A stretch of 64,000 bases of DNA from Nitrosopumilus sp. (GTDB taxonomy: Archaea; Thermoproteota; Nitrososphaeria; Nitrososphaerales; Nitrosopumilaceae), in contig OY763927.2 in the NCBI GenBank assembly GCA_963667665.2, positions 1,216,001 through 1,280,000 on the forward strand, given 5' to 3'. Shown here one piece after another: positions 29,272 through 38,880 of the stretch (position 1 is its first letter; every line of letters starts with the position of its first letter). The notes under the pieces are model-generated. The model was given only the letters and a program-made list of their open reading frames with translations. It made no database searches and was not told where the DNA came from. Position numbers and translations under genes: made by a program.

Positions 29272-29457
29272 ATGGTACTTGTACTGATAGGAATTGCATT
29301 AGGAATTTTAATAGTAATAGCTCTAATTATCAAGGCGACTAAAACGTCTTCTCGTGATGTTGTGGGGATTGACATACATTGCAAAAAGTGTGGTGTTAAA
29401 ACACAGGGATTACCATGTCCAAAATGTGAAAAAAGAACCCAGTCATTTGGTGTTTAA
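29272..29457 (+). CDS. Small membrane-anchored Zn-ribbon protein
   Basis: N-terminal TM helix followed by CKKC-x8-CPKC. Confidence 0.75.
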   Translation: MVLVLIGIALGILIVIALIIKATKTSSRDVVGIDIHCKKCGVKTQGLPCPKCEKRTQSFGV

Positions 29458-29636
29458 TTTTAGTTCTAAATTGTAATAGATATTGCCAAAAAACTAGTAA
29501 GTACTACTTATTGTTAAATTGAAATTTAGGCCTTCAAAGGGAACTAGTGTTTTAGTTTAAGACTCTACAATTTAAAATAATTTTTAAAAATTTTCAGAAC
29601 AAAATGCAATGTTAGAGTCTTGAAATAATTTCGGAG

Positions 29637-29709
29637 GGCCCTCGAGGGGAATCGAACCCCTGTCCGGGGATCCACAATCCCCTATACTAGCCACTGTACT
29701 ACGAAGGCC
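29637..29709 (-). tRNA. tRNA-His(GTG) with genome-encoded G-1
   Basis: G-GCCTTCG...GGGGA-TTGTGGA-TCCCC...AGGGG-TTCGATT-CCCCT-CGAGGGC-C. Confidence 0.95.
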
Positions 29710-29803
29710 ACCAGAAAGAAAAATAGTTTATCCTGTAATAATCTTTGATTATGAACCAAAACTTAGACTGTAAATTTATTATTTACTAGTTAGAATTTAG
29801 AAT

Positions 29804-29884
29804 ATGCGATTATGGTGGATTGCAATGGCAATAGCAATTGGACTAACATGGATTGGAATGAACTATGGACTTCCATTCAAGTAG
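29804..29884 (+). CDS. 26-aa single-TM microprotein
   Basis: MRLWWIAMAIAIGLTWIGMNYGLPFK*; TTTATTAT element about 25-30 nt upstream. Confidence 0.55.
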   Translation: MRLWWIAMAIAIGLTWIGMNYGLPFK

Positions 29885-29981
29885 CCTCAAATGCAAGAAT
29901 GTTTTTCAATTTTACAACTAGGATTTTTTCATAAAGTGATAGCGATCGCTTTAAATTTGTTGTATTAGGGTATTTTTCGAC

Positions 29982-31004
29982 TTGAGAAAAGGATTCATTG
30001 CCAATAGATTACGTTCAGGAAGAAAATCAGTAGAGAATTCTATTGAAAGTGAAATGGAGACCATACAAGGGGAAAAATTTGTATGGATTAATTTACAAAA
30101 TCCAGATAGAAAAGATGTTGAAAAATTAGCTAAAAAATACAATTTCAATACACTAAACATTGAGGATTGTATGACCAAATTTGAACTTCCAAAACTAGAT
30201 AGTTATGATGACCATTTCTTTGTAATTTTGCATTTTCCACCACTTGCACAAAAAGTAGGAATATCAAAAAATAGTCAGTTATCAATATTTCTTGGAAAAG
30301 ATTTCCTAGTCACAGTACATCAAGGAGATCTAAAACCCCTAGTTGAATTAGCAGAAATATGTAAAACAGATTCAGATCTACAAAGAAAAGAGAGACTATT
30401 AGGAAAATCCTCAGGAGTATTACTTCATGAAATTATAGACGTACTAGTAGATGATCTTTTACATACTTCTAGAAAGATAATTGCAAATCTAGATGAAATG
30501 GAAGATAGGGTATTTGATGAAAAAAAACCAGTAGCAAGAAGTATTGCCCTACTTAGAAGGGAAATTAACAGACTAAGAAGAATAGCTAATCCATTAAAGA
30601 AATTTGTATTAGAAATTGCAAAAAATATTAAAAGATTTGCAGAAAGAGATGATGTAGAACTAACTTTATTTTTTGATGATATTATAGATCACATAGACAA
30701 AGTAATTGAAACACTAGAAGAATCACGAGAAACTATGGAAATTTACAAAGATACAGACTTTGTGTTAAGCACGGAAAAGACAAACAAAGTACTTAGTTTA
30801 CTAACTATTATTTTCATGCTAACAATACCATCAACATTAATTGGAACATTTTATGGAATGAATGTCAATTTACCAGGAGGAATTGGGGATGATTCAATGT
30901 TCTTAGGTCCATTTACAATTTTTATAATTATTATTCTTGCATCAGTAATTCCTGCGATCATGATGTTTGTATATTTCAAAAAACTGGGCTGGATATCTAG
31001 TTAA
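29982..31004 (+). CDS. corA: CorA family magnesium transporter
   Basis: FVWINL, PKLDSYDD, YGMNV signature. Confidence 0.95.
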   Translation: MRKGFIANRLRSGRKSVENSIESEMETIQGEKFVWINLQNPDRKDVEKLAKKYNFNTLNIEDCMTKFELPKLDSYDDHFFVILHFPPLAQKVGISKNSQLSIFLGKDFLVTVHQGDLKPLVELAEICKTDSDLQRKERLLGKSSGVLLHEIIDVLVDDLLHTSRKIIANLDEMEDRVFDEKKPVARSIALLRREINRLRRIANPLKKFVLEIAKNIKRFAERDDVELTLFFDDIIDHIDKVIETLEESRETMEIYKDTDFVLSTEKTNKVLSLLTIIFMLTIPSTLIGTFYGMNVNLPGGIGDDSMFLGPFTIFIIIILASVIPAIMMFVYFKKLGWISS

Positions 31005-31101
31005 AATAAGAGATTTTAGAGTTTTTTACAAATTTCACTAAAATTAGGGTAAATTCCAACAAAGCACCCTAGATAAATACAAGATAATTTTACCTTATTT
31101 T

Positions 31102-31356
31102 ATGGTTAAAATTAGAGTACGAAGCGGAAGAGGCACAAGAATTATTGAAGTTGATAGCGATGCTACAAAGTGGACTGGTGAACAATTTAAAGAAATCCAA
31201 GCAGCCAGAAAAGCAGCAACTGGAAATAGAATGGTCTCTTCTGGTAGAGGAACCGGTAGAAGAAAATTGAGTGATATACCTGAACCAAAAAAGAGACCTG
31301 AATACAAAGGTACAATAACTTCAGGTAGAGGAACCGGTAAAAGAAAAGCGAAGTAA
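31102..31356 (+). CDS. Small basic protein with three SGRGT motifs, paralog B (84 aa)
   Basis: First 27 aa identical to paralog A; three SGRGT motifs; downstream T-tracts. Confidence 0.9.
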   Translation: MVKIRVRSGRGTRIIEVDSDATKWTGEQFKEIQAARKAATGNRMVSSGRGTGRRKLSDIPEPKKRPEYKGTITSGRGTGKRKAK

Positions 31357-31430
31357 TAAGAATTCGTAAAAAACCTAATTTTTCATTTTTAATATTTTTT
31401 ATTTTATATTATTAACTAGATTTGATTTTT

Positions 31431-32096
31431 CTATATTTTGATATCAGGATTTCCAGCTTTAAGCTTTTCCCAATCTGCAAGAAAGTTTTCTAAACCAATT
31501 TTTGTCAATGGATGTTGCATCATCTTGTCTAAAACTGCAGGAGGTAATGTTACTACATCTGCTCCAATTTTTGCAGCATCAATTACATGTATTGGATGAC
31601 GGATACTTGCAACAAGTATCTCAGTTTCAAAATCATAATTGTCAAATATTTTTCTGATATCTTTAATTAGATGCATTCCATCTTGTCCAATATCATCTAG
31701 TCTTCCAATAAATGGACTAACATATTTTGCACCAGATTTTGCAGCAAGCAAAGCCTGATTTGGTGAAAATATCAACGTAACATTAACAGGGATTCCTTCT
31801 GATGAAAGGGATTTACATGCTTTCAAACCATCAGGAGTCATAGGAACTTTAACTACAACATTATCTCCATATTCACGAAGACGTTTGCCTTCTTCCATCA
31901 TTCCAGAGTATTCTGTACTTACAACTTCTAGACTTACATCACCTTTGATAATTTTTGTTATCTCTTCCATTGCATCTTTAGGATTACCTTTTTCTTTAGA
32001 CAATAGAGAAGGGTTTGTTGTGATTCCATCTAGTAATCCCATATCATTAAATTTTCTAATAGATTCTAGATTAGCAGTGTCAAGAAAAATCTTCAT
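31431..32096 (-). CDS. tal: Transaldolase (TalC/FSA family)
   Basis: [30 protein letters not shown]. Confidence 0.95.
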   Translation of the reverse strand: MKIFLDTANLESIRKFNDMGLLDGITTNPSLLSKEKGNPKDAMEEITKIIKGDVSLEVVSTEYSGMMEEGKRLREYGDNVVVKVPMTPDGLKACKSLSSEGIPVNVTLIFSPNQALLAAKSGAKYVSPFIGRLDDIGQDGMHLIKDIRKIFDNYDFETEILVASIRHPIHVIDAAKIGADVVTLPPAVLDKMMQHPLTKIGLENFLADWEKLKAGNPDIKI

Positions 32097-33067
32097 AATT
32101 TTTTGTTCCTAATTTCTTTGACTTGTTTTACCATATTAAAAGATGTTATTCCATGCTTTTCTAAGAGTAAAGGAACTTCGTTATCTCTAGCAGATTCACC
32201 AAACATATCTTGAGCACCAATTCTCTTTATTGGTACAGGATATGTTTCAGAAACAGATTCTGTAACAGCAGAACCCATTCCACCAAAAATATTGTGTTCC
32301 TCAGTAGTAACTATACAACCAGTTTCTCTTGCTGCTTTTTCTAAAATTTTATTGTCAATTGGTTTTATTGAAAACATATCCAAAACTCTACAGGAAATAC
32401 CTTCTTGCTTTAATGTATCAGCTGCATCTAAAGCCATGCTAACAGTAATTCCACATGCTGCAATAGTACAATCAGAACCATCTCTTAGAGTAATACCTTT
32501 TCCAATTTGAAAATCTTGAGATTCTGAATGAATCAAAGGAGTTTTGGATCTTGCCATTCTCATATAAAATGGACCATATTCATTTGCCATTAAGTGAGTT
32601 AATTTGGAAACTGAAATAGTATCAGCTGGAATAAAAACTCGGAAATTAGGAATAACTCTCATTATTGCAATGTCCTCAAGTTGTTGATGTGAACCTCCAT
32701 CAGGTCCAACAGACAAACCTCCATGAGAGACAACTAATTTCACATTAAGACCATTTTTGCCTTGGGGTGAAGGATAAGCAATATTATTTCGAATTTGATC
32801 AACTGCTCTTCCTGGCAAAAATATTGCATAAGTACTAGCAAAAGAAATTTTTCCAGATGCTGCCAATCCAGCAGAAACTGTAACAAGATTTGCTTCAGCA
32901 ATCCCAACATTGAAAAATCTATCAGGAAATTCTTTTCCAAAACCAGAAGTCTTTAGTGAATCAGTTGTATCTGCACCTAAAACTACAACATTTGGATTAT
33001 CTTTTCCAACTTGTATCAAAGATTTGGAATATTCTGAACGCATATCAGTCATAATTTTTTCAATCAA
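32093..33067 (-). CDS. Transketolase C-terminal subunit
   Basis: [27 protein letters not shown]. Confidence 0.95.
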   Translation of the reverse strand: MIEKIMTDMRSEYSKSLIQVGKDNPNVVVLGADTTDSLKTSGFGKEFPDRFFNVGIAEANLVTVSAGLAASGKISFASTYAIFLPGRAVDQIRNNIAYPSPQGKNGLNVKLVVSHGGLSVGPDGGSHQQLEDIAIMRVIPNFRVFIPADTISVSKLTHLMANEYGPFYMRMARSKTPLIHSESQDFQIGKGITLRDGSDCTIAACGITVSMALDAADTLKQEGISCRVLDMFSIKPIDNKILEKAARETGCIVTTEEHNIFGGMGSAVTESVSETYPVPIKRIGAQDMFGESARDNEVPLLLEKHGITSFNMVKQVKEIRNKKL

Positions 33068-34731
33068 ATGTATCCTGCCTCCTGTGCAATTTTTTTAATT
33101 TGTTCTTGTTTCTCTCCTATAACATGCAAACCAATCCATTTATTCACTAAATCTGTCCCACCTAACTCATGGGCTTTATCAAGTAAAGCACTTCTTCTAG
33201 ATTTTAAAACCTCATTTCTAAAGTCTCTAATTGCTCCACGTACATCTTGCTGTCCAATAATAGCACCGCCCCCAACAAAGACACGAGCGCCTTCTGCAAA
33301 TATCGAGCCAATATTTTCAAGATTTACTCCTCCATCAGCCTCAATGTAGCCTGAAAAATTATGTTCATTTAGAATCGAATTCAATCTAGCCATCTTTGTG
33401 TGAGTTTCTTCAATGAATTTTTGACCAGATTTTCCAGGTACTACAGACATTACAATTAGTTGATCAAGTGAAGGTAAGAATTTGTAAGACCATTCAGGTA
33501 ATTCTGTATCAGGGTTTATTGCAAAACCTATTCCAACTTGATTTTGTTTTAATAAATCATGAATCTCTCCAAAACTAGATTCATCAGTTACTTCAGCATG
33601 AACTGTAATAATATCACTACCTGCATCAATGTAATCCCTAACATGTTTCACAGGATCATTAATCATCAAATGTGAATCAAATGGAATTACAGTAAGAGGT
33701 CTTAGTTCTTTGATTTTAGTATGATCAAAAGTTTTGTTTGGAACAAAGTGTCCATCCATTACATCAAGATGAATGTAATCAGCCCTACTCGAAACACATT
33801 TTTTAATTTCATTTTCTAGATTTGTCATATCACCTGCAATGATAGATGGAGCAATCATGAACTGTGAATTCAATTCATGATTAATGATAGGAACTACATC
33901 AGAATCAGGAGCTTTTCCATGCCATAGTGGATTATCCTCCATATGTTCTACTGATTTGCCCTTAACTGTTCTTGATATGATCATTGTAGGGATTCCTTTT
34001 GTTGCATTTGCTTTTGCAATGGCAGCATCAATTTGTTCTACTCTATGTCCATCAATTTCAATTACATTCCAACCAAAAGATCTCCACTTGTCACCAGTCT
34101 TCCAACGTGATGCATCTTTCCACATTTCAGAAAGATCATCACCTTCTAATTTTTCATCTAGTGGCATAATTTTTTCAGTGTAAGAATCTTGTTGAATAAA
34201 ATTTCTATCAAGAAAAGCAGTTAGATTATCAACCTTGTATTTTGCAGCAGTCATTGCAGCCTCCCAAATTTGTCCCTCGTCTGATTCTCCATCCCCAATG
34301 ATAGTATAAACATGATAATCTTTGGAGTTAATTTTTGCAGCAAGTGCAACTCCTATAGAATAAGATAATCCGGTGCCTAAAGATCCACCACAAAATTCCA
34401 CACCGGGACATTTTAGGTCAGGATGCCCTTGTAATCTACTACCAAATTTTCGTAGGGTTTCAAGTTCGGATTCTGGGAAATATCCTGCAACTGCCATATT
34501 TGAAAACAAACCAGGAGATGCATGACCTTTAGATAAAACGAAACGATCCCTGTCTTCCCATTGTGGATTTTTAGGATCAAATTTCAGATATTTATAAAAT
34601 AAACAACCCAAAATTTCAGCCATAGAGAAAGAGCCCCCAGGATGGCCTGAACCAGCAATATTGGTCGCTTTTATCACTAATTTACGGGCTCTAAGAATAT
34701 TTTTCTTAATTTGATAATAATTAAGCCCCAT
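33064..34731 (-). CDS. Transketolase N-terminal subunit fused to ribulose-phosphate 3-epimerase
   Basis: SGHPGG, DRFVLSKGH, GDGE (TK-N), then IAPSI, HLDVMDGHFVPN, DSHLM, MSVVPG, EADGG (Rpe). Confidence 0.95.
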   Translation of the reverse strand: MGLNYYQIKKNILRARKLVIKATNIAGSGHPGGSFSMAEILGCLFYKYLKFDPKNPQWEDRDRFVLSKGHASPGLFSNMAVAGYFPESELETLRKFGSRLQGHPDLKCPGVEFCGGSLGTGLSYSIGVALAAKINSKDYHVYTIIGDGESDEGQIWEAAMTAAKYKVDNLTAFLDRNFIQQDSYTEKIMPLDEKLEGDDLSEMWKDASRWKTGDKWRSFGWNVIEIDGHRVEQIDAAIAKANATKGIPTMIISRTVKGKSVEHMEDNPLWHGKAPDSDVVPIINHELNSQFMIAPSIIAGDMTNLENEIKKCVSSRADYIHLDVMDGHFVPNKTFDHTKIKELRPLTVIPFDSHLMINDPVKHVRDYIDAGSDIITVHAEVTDESSFGEIHDLLKQNQVGIGFAINPDTELPEWSYKFLPSLDQLIVMSVVPGKSGQKFIEETHTKMARLNSILNEHNFSGYIEADGGVNLENIGSIFAEGARVFVGGGAIIGQQDVRGAIRDFRNEVLKSRRSALLDKAHELGGTDLVNKWIGLHVIGEKQEQIKKIAQEAGYI

Positions 34732-34807
34732 CTTGATCGTTATCTTTGTAAATTTAATAAAAATCTATTTCTATAAAATTTTAATTTGATCGGGACTATA
34801 GACTAGT

Positions 34808-35185
34808 ATGGAAATTAAAGAAAATACTCCAATTGTAGTTTATGACAATCAATGTTACTTGTGTGTAAAATTTGCTAGATTTGTTGATTTTTTTGCAAGA
34901 GGTAAAATGACAATGGTAGGACACTATTCAGATTTTGGAATAAAAATTAGAAATGAAATTCTAGATGAATCTGCATTAGACATGTTTTGGTTTATTGATA
35001 AAAAAAGAGCATACGGAGGAAGAGCAGCATTATTACCATTAGTCAAATCAATTTTTTCTAAAAAAACAAAAAATACATCAACTATGAATATTGATAAAAA
35101 TTGTCAGCAAGACTGTAAAACTGTTAAAGCAGTTTTTTTGAGATCATCAAGTCTGCTTACAAATAGCAGAAAAATAGATCTCTAG
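34808..35185 (+). CDS. DCC1/DUF393-like thiol-disulfide oxidoreductase family protein
   Basis: VVYDNQCYLC (DxxCxxC). Confidence 0.75.
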   Translation: MEIKENTPIVVYDNQCYLCVKFARFVDFFARGKMTMVGHYSDFGIKIRNEILDESALDMFWFIDKKRAYGGRAALLPLVKSIFSKKTKNTSTMNIDKNCQQDCKTVKAVFLRSSSLLTNSRKIDL

Positions 35186-35220
35186 TAAATCTAAATAACA
35201 CATCATAACTCAGACACATA

Positions 35221-36699
35221 ATGAAGATAAAAACTGAAAGTTCTACAAAAAAGAAAACACAACTACTTTGTTGTTTTGTGTTAGAAAATTCAAACAAGAC
35301 TCTAGGATTAGGAAAATTTGATGCTAAAACATCCTCAGCAATTAATCAATCTCTAAAAGATATGCAAGGAAAATTTGGAAAATTAAACATTATTCCAGTA
35401 CCAGGAAAAAAACATGCACAAAGAATTCTACTTGCAGGGTTGGGAAGAAAAGAGAATTTAACAAAAGATACTATCAGATTAGTTTCAGGTAAAATTGCAC
35501 AAAAAGCAAGAGAGTTAAAACTTAAAGAATTTTCAATAATAACACCACCAAGTTTTGTAACTGATCAAATGTCATCAGTGACTCAGATTGTTGAAGGCTC
35601 CAAAATGGCTCTTTACAAATTTGACAAATTCAAGGCAGAAAAAATTAATAATTCACCAGATTTAACAATCATAGTTTCTAAATCAAATAAAACCTCACAA
35701 GCAATCAAAACAGCTGTAATTGTTGCAGATGGTGCCATATTTACAAAAAGTATTGCCAATTTACCTCCAAACGAGTGTACTCCAAGTACATTAGCAAATT
35801 TTGCAAGAACAATTTCCAAAAAGAACAAGATGAAATGCAGTATAATTTCTAAACCTGAATTAAAAAAGAAAGGTTTTGGCGGTATTACAGCTGTAGGACA
35901 AGGAAGTAAAAATGAACCTAAACTAATTGTTTTAGAACATAATCGTGGACCAAGAAATGAAAAACCAATTGTTCTAGTTGGTAAGGCAGTAACATTTGAC
36001 ACAGGAGGAATTTCGTTAAAGCCTGGTGATAAAATGAATGAGATGAAGTTTGACAAATGTGGTGGTTGTACAGTTCTTGGAATAATGAAAGCAGTTTCAG
36101 AATTAAAACTACCAATTAATGTTGTTGGAATTGTTCCATCAGTTGAAAATATGCCTAGTGGGGAATCATATAGACCTGGAGATATCATAAAGTTGTATAA
36201 TGGGAAATCTGCAGAAATTCTCAACACAGATGCAGAGGGCAGGTTGATTTTAGCTGATGCATTATCATATGGAGAAAAACATTATTCACCAAAAGCAATT
36301 ATTGATTTTGCAACTCTAACTGGAGCATGCATTGTAGCATTAGGTACCAATGTAGCAGCAATTGTATCAAACAATGAAAAACTAACAAAGAAAATTAATG
36401 AATCGTCTAAAAAAACAATGGAAGAAGTTTGGGAGCTTCCATTAAATCAAGATTATATGGATATGATAAAATCAGAAGTTGCAGATATGAAAAATATTGG
36501 AATTGATAGAGCTGCGGGAACCATAACTGCTGCAGCATTTTTAAGAAATGCAATTGAAAATACTCCATGGACTCATATTGATATTGCAGGAGTTGCATGG
36601 ACACAAGTAGCTACAAAAGAAAAATCATACAATCCAAAGGGTGCTACAGGTTTTGGTGTAAGATTGATTCTAGATTATTTACAAAATTTGAAAAACTAA
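35221..36699 (+). CDS. pepA: Leucyl aminopeptidase (M17)
   Basis: VGKAVTFDTGG, MKFDK, NTDAEGRL, HIDIAG. Confidence 0.95.
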   Translation: MKIKTESSTKKKTQLLCCFVLENSNKTLGLGKFDAKTSSAINQSLKDMQGKFGKLNIIPVPGKKHAQRILLAGLGRKENLTKDTIRLVSGKIAQKARELKLKEFSIITPPSFVTDQMSSVTQIVEGSKMALYKFDKFKAEKINNSPDLTIIVSKSNKTSQAIKTAVIVADGAIFTKSIANLPPNECTPSTLANFARTISKKNKMKCSIISKPELKKKGFGGITAVGQGSKNEPKLIVLEHNRGPRNEKPIVLVGKAVTFDTGGISLKPGDKMNEMKFDKCGGCTVLGIMKAVSELKLPINVVGIVPSVENMPSGESYRPGDIIKLYNGKSAEILNTDAEGRLILADALSYGEKHYSPKAIIDFATLTGACIVALGTNVAAIVSNNEKLTKKINESSKKTMEEVWELPLNQDYMDMIKSEVADMKNIGIDRAAGTITAAAFLRNAIENTPWTHIDIAGVAWTQVATKEKSYNPKGATGFGVRLILDYLQNLKN

Positions 36700-36833
36700 T
36701 AACCTCTACTATTTCTATCAGGTGTACCAACATTTGGATTTCTAAAACCATGTTTTTCCATCATGTGATTTAAAAATCTAATATCATCAGAAAATGATTC
36801 ACCACATATACTACAATTTTGCATTGAAATCAT
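36696..36833 (-). CDS. 45-aa single C2H2 zinc-finger microprotein
   Basis: MISMQNCSICGESFSDDIRFLNHMMEKHGFRNPNVGTPDRNSRGY*; C-x2-C-x12-H-x4-H. Confidence 0.7.
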   Translation of the reverse strand: MISMQNCSICGESFSDDIRFLNHMMEKHGFRNPNVGTPDRNSRGY

Positions 36834-36882
36834 AATCAAACCATTTAATTGAATATTAAAAGATTGATTGGAAAATAGAAAA

Positions 36883-36998
36883 TGCCAGCACTGTTGCTTC
36901 CCAAGAGCTCTCGCATCTTAGTAGCACAACAGCGACATCAGGTTTGACTTCCAAGTTCGGAATGGGATTGGGTCGCACCCTAACGCTATGGCCGGCTT
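36883..36998 (-). rRNA. rrf: 5S rRNA (unlinked from 16S/23S)
   Basis: GCCGGCCATAGC...CCCATTCCGAAC..GGAAGTCAAACC...GTGCTGGC; terminal helix I pairs; ends approximate. Confidence 0.95.
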
Positions 36999-37092
36999 GA
37001 AAAATGTTGTCAGATTCTCATCTATTAACGTAACGACAGATTTCAAATGTGCTCAAAATAGGTATAAAACAAAGAAAATACCGAGTTACAAT

Positions 37093-38880
37093 ATGACTCA
37101 TAGAGTTGCTGTTTTAGATCATGATCTATGTCAGCCAAAAAAATGTGGTTTAGAGTGCGTAAAATACTGCCCAATTAACAAATCAGGAGCAGATTGTATC
37201 ATTATTAGTGAAGAATCAAAAAAAGCTCAGATCGATGAAGACATTTGTAATGGATGTGGAATATGTGTCAAAGTATGTCCATTTGATGCAATAACTATCG
37301 TAAATCTTGCAAGTGAATTAGCTACAGATAAAATTCATCAGTATGGTCCAAATTCATTTCGACTATTCAAACTACCTACTCCAAAAAAAGGAGAAGTGGT
37401 TGGACTATTAGGAAGAAACGGAATGGGAAAAAGTACTGTAGTTAACATACTATCAGGAAATCTAAAACCAAATCTTGGTAGATATGAAAATCCACCAGAA
37501 TGGGATGAGATTTTAAAATATTATAGCGGAACAGAACTTAAACAACATTTTGAAAAAATTGAACAGAAACAAATTCGTGCATCAATAAAACCGCAACAAG
37601 TTCATCACATTGCACAAGCATTTGATGGAACAGGAAAAGAACTCATTGACAAATACGATGAAAGAGGAGTGTCAAGAGAATTAATCAAAGAATTAGGACT
37701 AGAGAATTCTATGGAACAGAGTTTAAAGGAACTAAGTGGTGGTGAGCTACAAAGATTAGCAGTAGCAACAGCAGCAGCAAAAGATACAGAATTTTACTTT
37801 TTTGATGAACCATCATCATACAATGATGTTTTTCAAAGAATTGGAGTTGCTCGCGTAATACAGAGTTTAGCAAAAATTGGAAAAAGTGTAATGGTAGTTG
37901 AACATGATTTAACATTATTAGATTTTCTCAGTGATTATATCGAAGTGTTATACGGTGAACCTACCGCATATGGAATTGTTTCAAGTGTTCTATCTACCAA
38001 AGTTGGAATCAATGTTTTTCTTGATGGATATTTACCAACAGAAAATGTCAGATTTAGAGACAAGAAATTTTCTTTTGATGTGTCCTCATCATCTACGGAT
38101 GTGTTTCAAGAAGGAAGTGATGTCATTACTTACCCAAAACTTGAGAAGAAATATCCTTCATTTTCTGTAACAATTGAGCCTGGTAGAGTAAGAAAAGGTG
38201 AAGTTCTAGGCATCATGGGAGCAAACGCACTTGGAAAGACAACTATGATGAAAATGATTGCAGGAGTTGAAAAGCCAGATTCAGGTAGTATTGACAAGAA
38301 AATAAAGATAGCATACAAACCACAGTATCTTCAAAATGATATGGATGTAGAAGTTATGGCATTATTAGATAAAGCAAATGATAATCCAATTGAAGGGAGT
38401 CTTGAAGAAGAACAAATACTTGAACCATTAAAAATTAAAAAATTATACAATAAAACAATCAAAAATCTTTCTGGAGGAGAATTACAAAAAGTTGCTGTTG
38501 CATCATGCCTATTACAAAAAGTTGATCTTTATGCATTAGATGAGCCATCAGCATTTTTGGATGTAGAAGACAGGATTGCAGTAGCAAAATTTTTGCAAAA
38601 ATTTGTTCGTTCTTTTGGAAAATCAGCAATTGTAATTGATCATGATTTACAATTGATGGATCTGGTTTCTGATACAATGATAATCTTTGAGGGAGAATCA
38701 GGAATATCTGGTCAAGCCACATCTCCATTGCCAAAAGCAGATGCTATGAATAAATTTCTAAAATCACTTGACATGTCATTTAGAAGAGATGAAAGAAGTC
38801 TCAGACCACGTGTAAACAAACTAGAAAGCAGATTAGATAAAAATCAGAAAGCATCTGGAAATTATTATTACAAGAATTGA
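37093..38880 (+). CDS. ABCE1/Rli1 ribosome recycling ATPase
   Basis: N-terminal 2x[4Fe-4S] Cys motifs and two ABC domains; true start MTHRVAV at 37093 (the longer ORF overlaps the 5S rRNA). Confidence 0.96.
   Translation: MTHRVAVLDHDLCQPKKCGLECVKYCPINKSGADCIIISEESKKAQIDEDICNGCGICVKVCPFDAITIVNLASELATDKIHQYGPNSFRLFKLPTPKKGEVVGLLGRNGMGKSTVVNILSGNLKPNLGRYENPPEWDEILKYYSGTELKQHFEKIEQKQIRASIKPQQVHHIAQAFDGTGKELIDKYDERGVSRELIKELGLENSMEQSLKELSGGELQRLAVATAAAKDTEFYFFDEPSSYNDVFQRIGVARVIQSLAKIGKSVMVVEHDLTLLDFLSDYIEVLYGEPTAYGIVSSVLSTKVGINVFLDGYLPTENVRFRDKKFSFDVSSSSTDVFQEGSDVITYPKLEKKYPSFSVTIEPGRVRKGEVLGIMGANALGKTTMMKMIAGVEKPDSGSIDKKIKIAYKPQYLQNDMDVEVMALLDKANDNPIEGSLEEEQILEPLKIKKLYNKTIKNLSGGELQKVAVASCLLQKVDLYALDEPSAFLDVEDRIAVAKFLQKFVRSFGKSAIVIDHDLQLMDLVSDTMIIFEGESGISGQATSPLPKADAMNKFLKSLDMSFRRDERSLRPRVNKLESRLDKNQKASGNYYYKN

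Noticed and set aside
35613-36227. 204-aa antisense ORF within pepA, and similar antisense ORFs inside gltX, nuo, liv and other genes
   Set aside because: Entirely overlap well-supported genes, have no motifs, and are expected from codon bias
36988-37092. 35-aa N-terminal extension of ABCE1 in the ORF track
   Set aside because: Overlaps the 5S rRNA gene and its promoter; the conserved start is MTHRVAV at 37093
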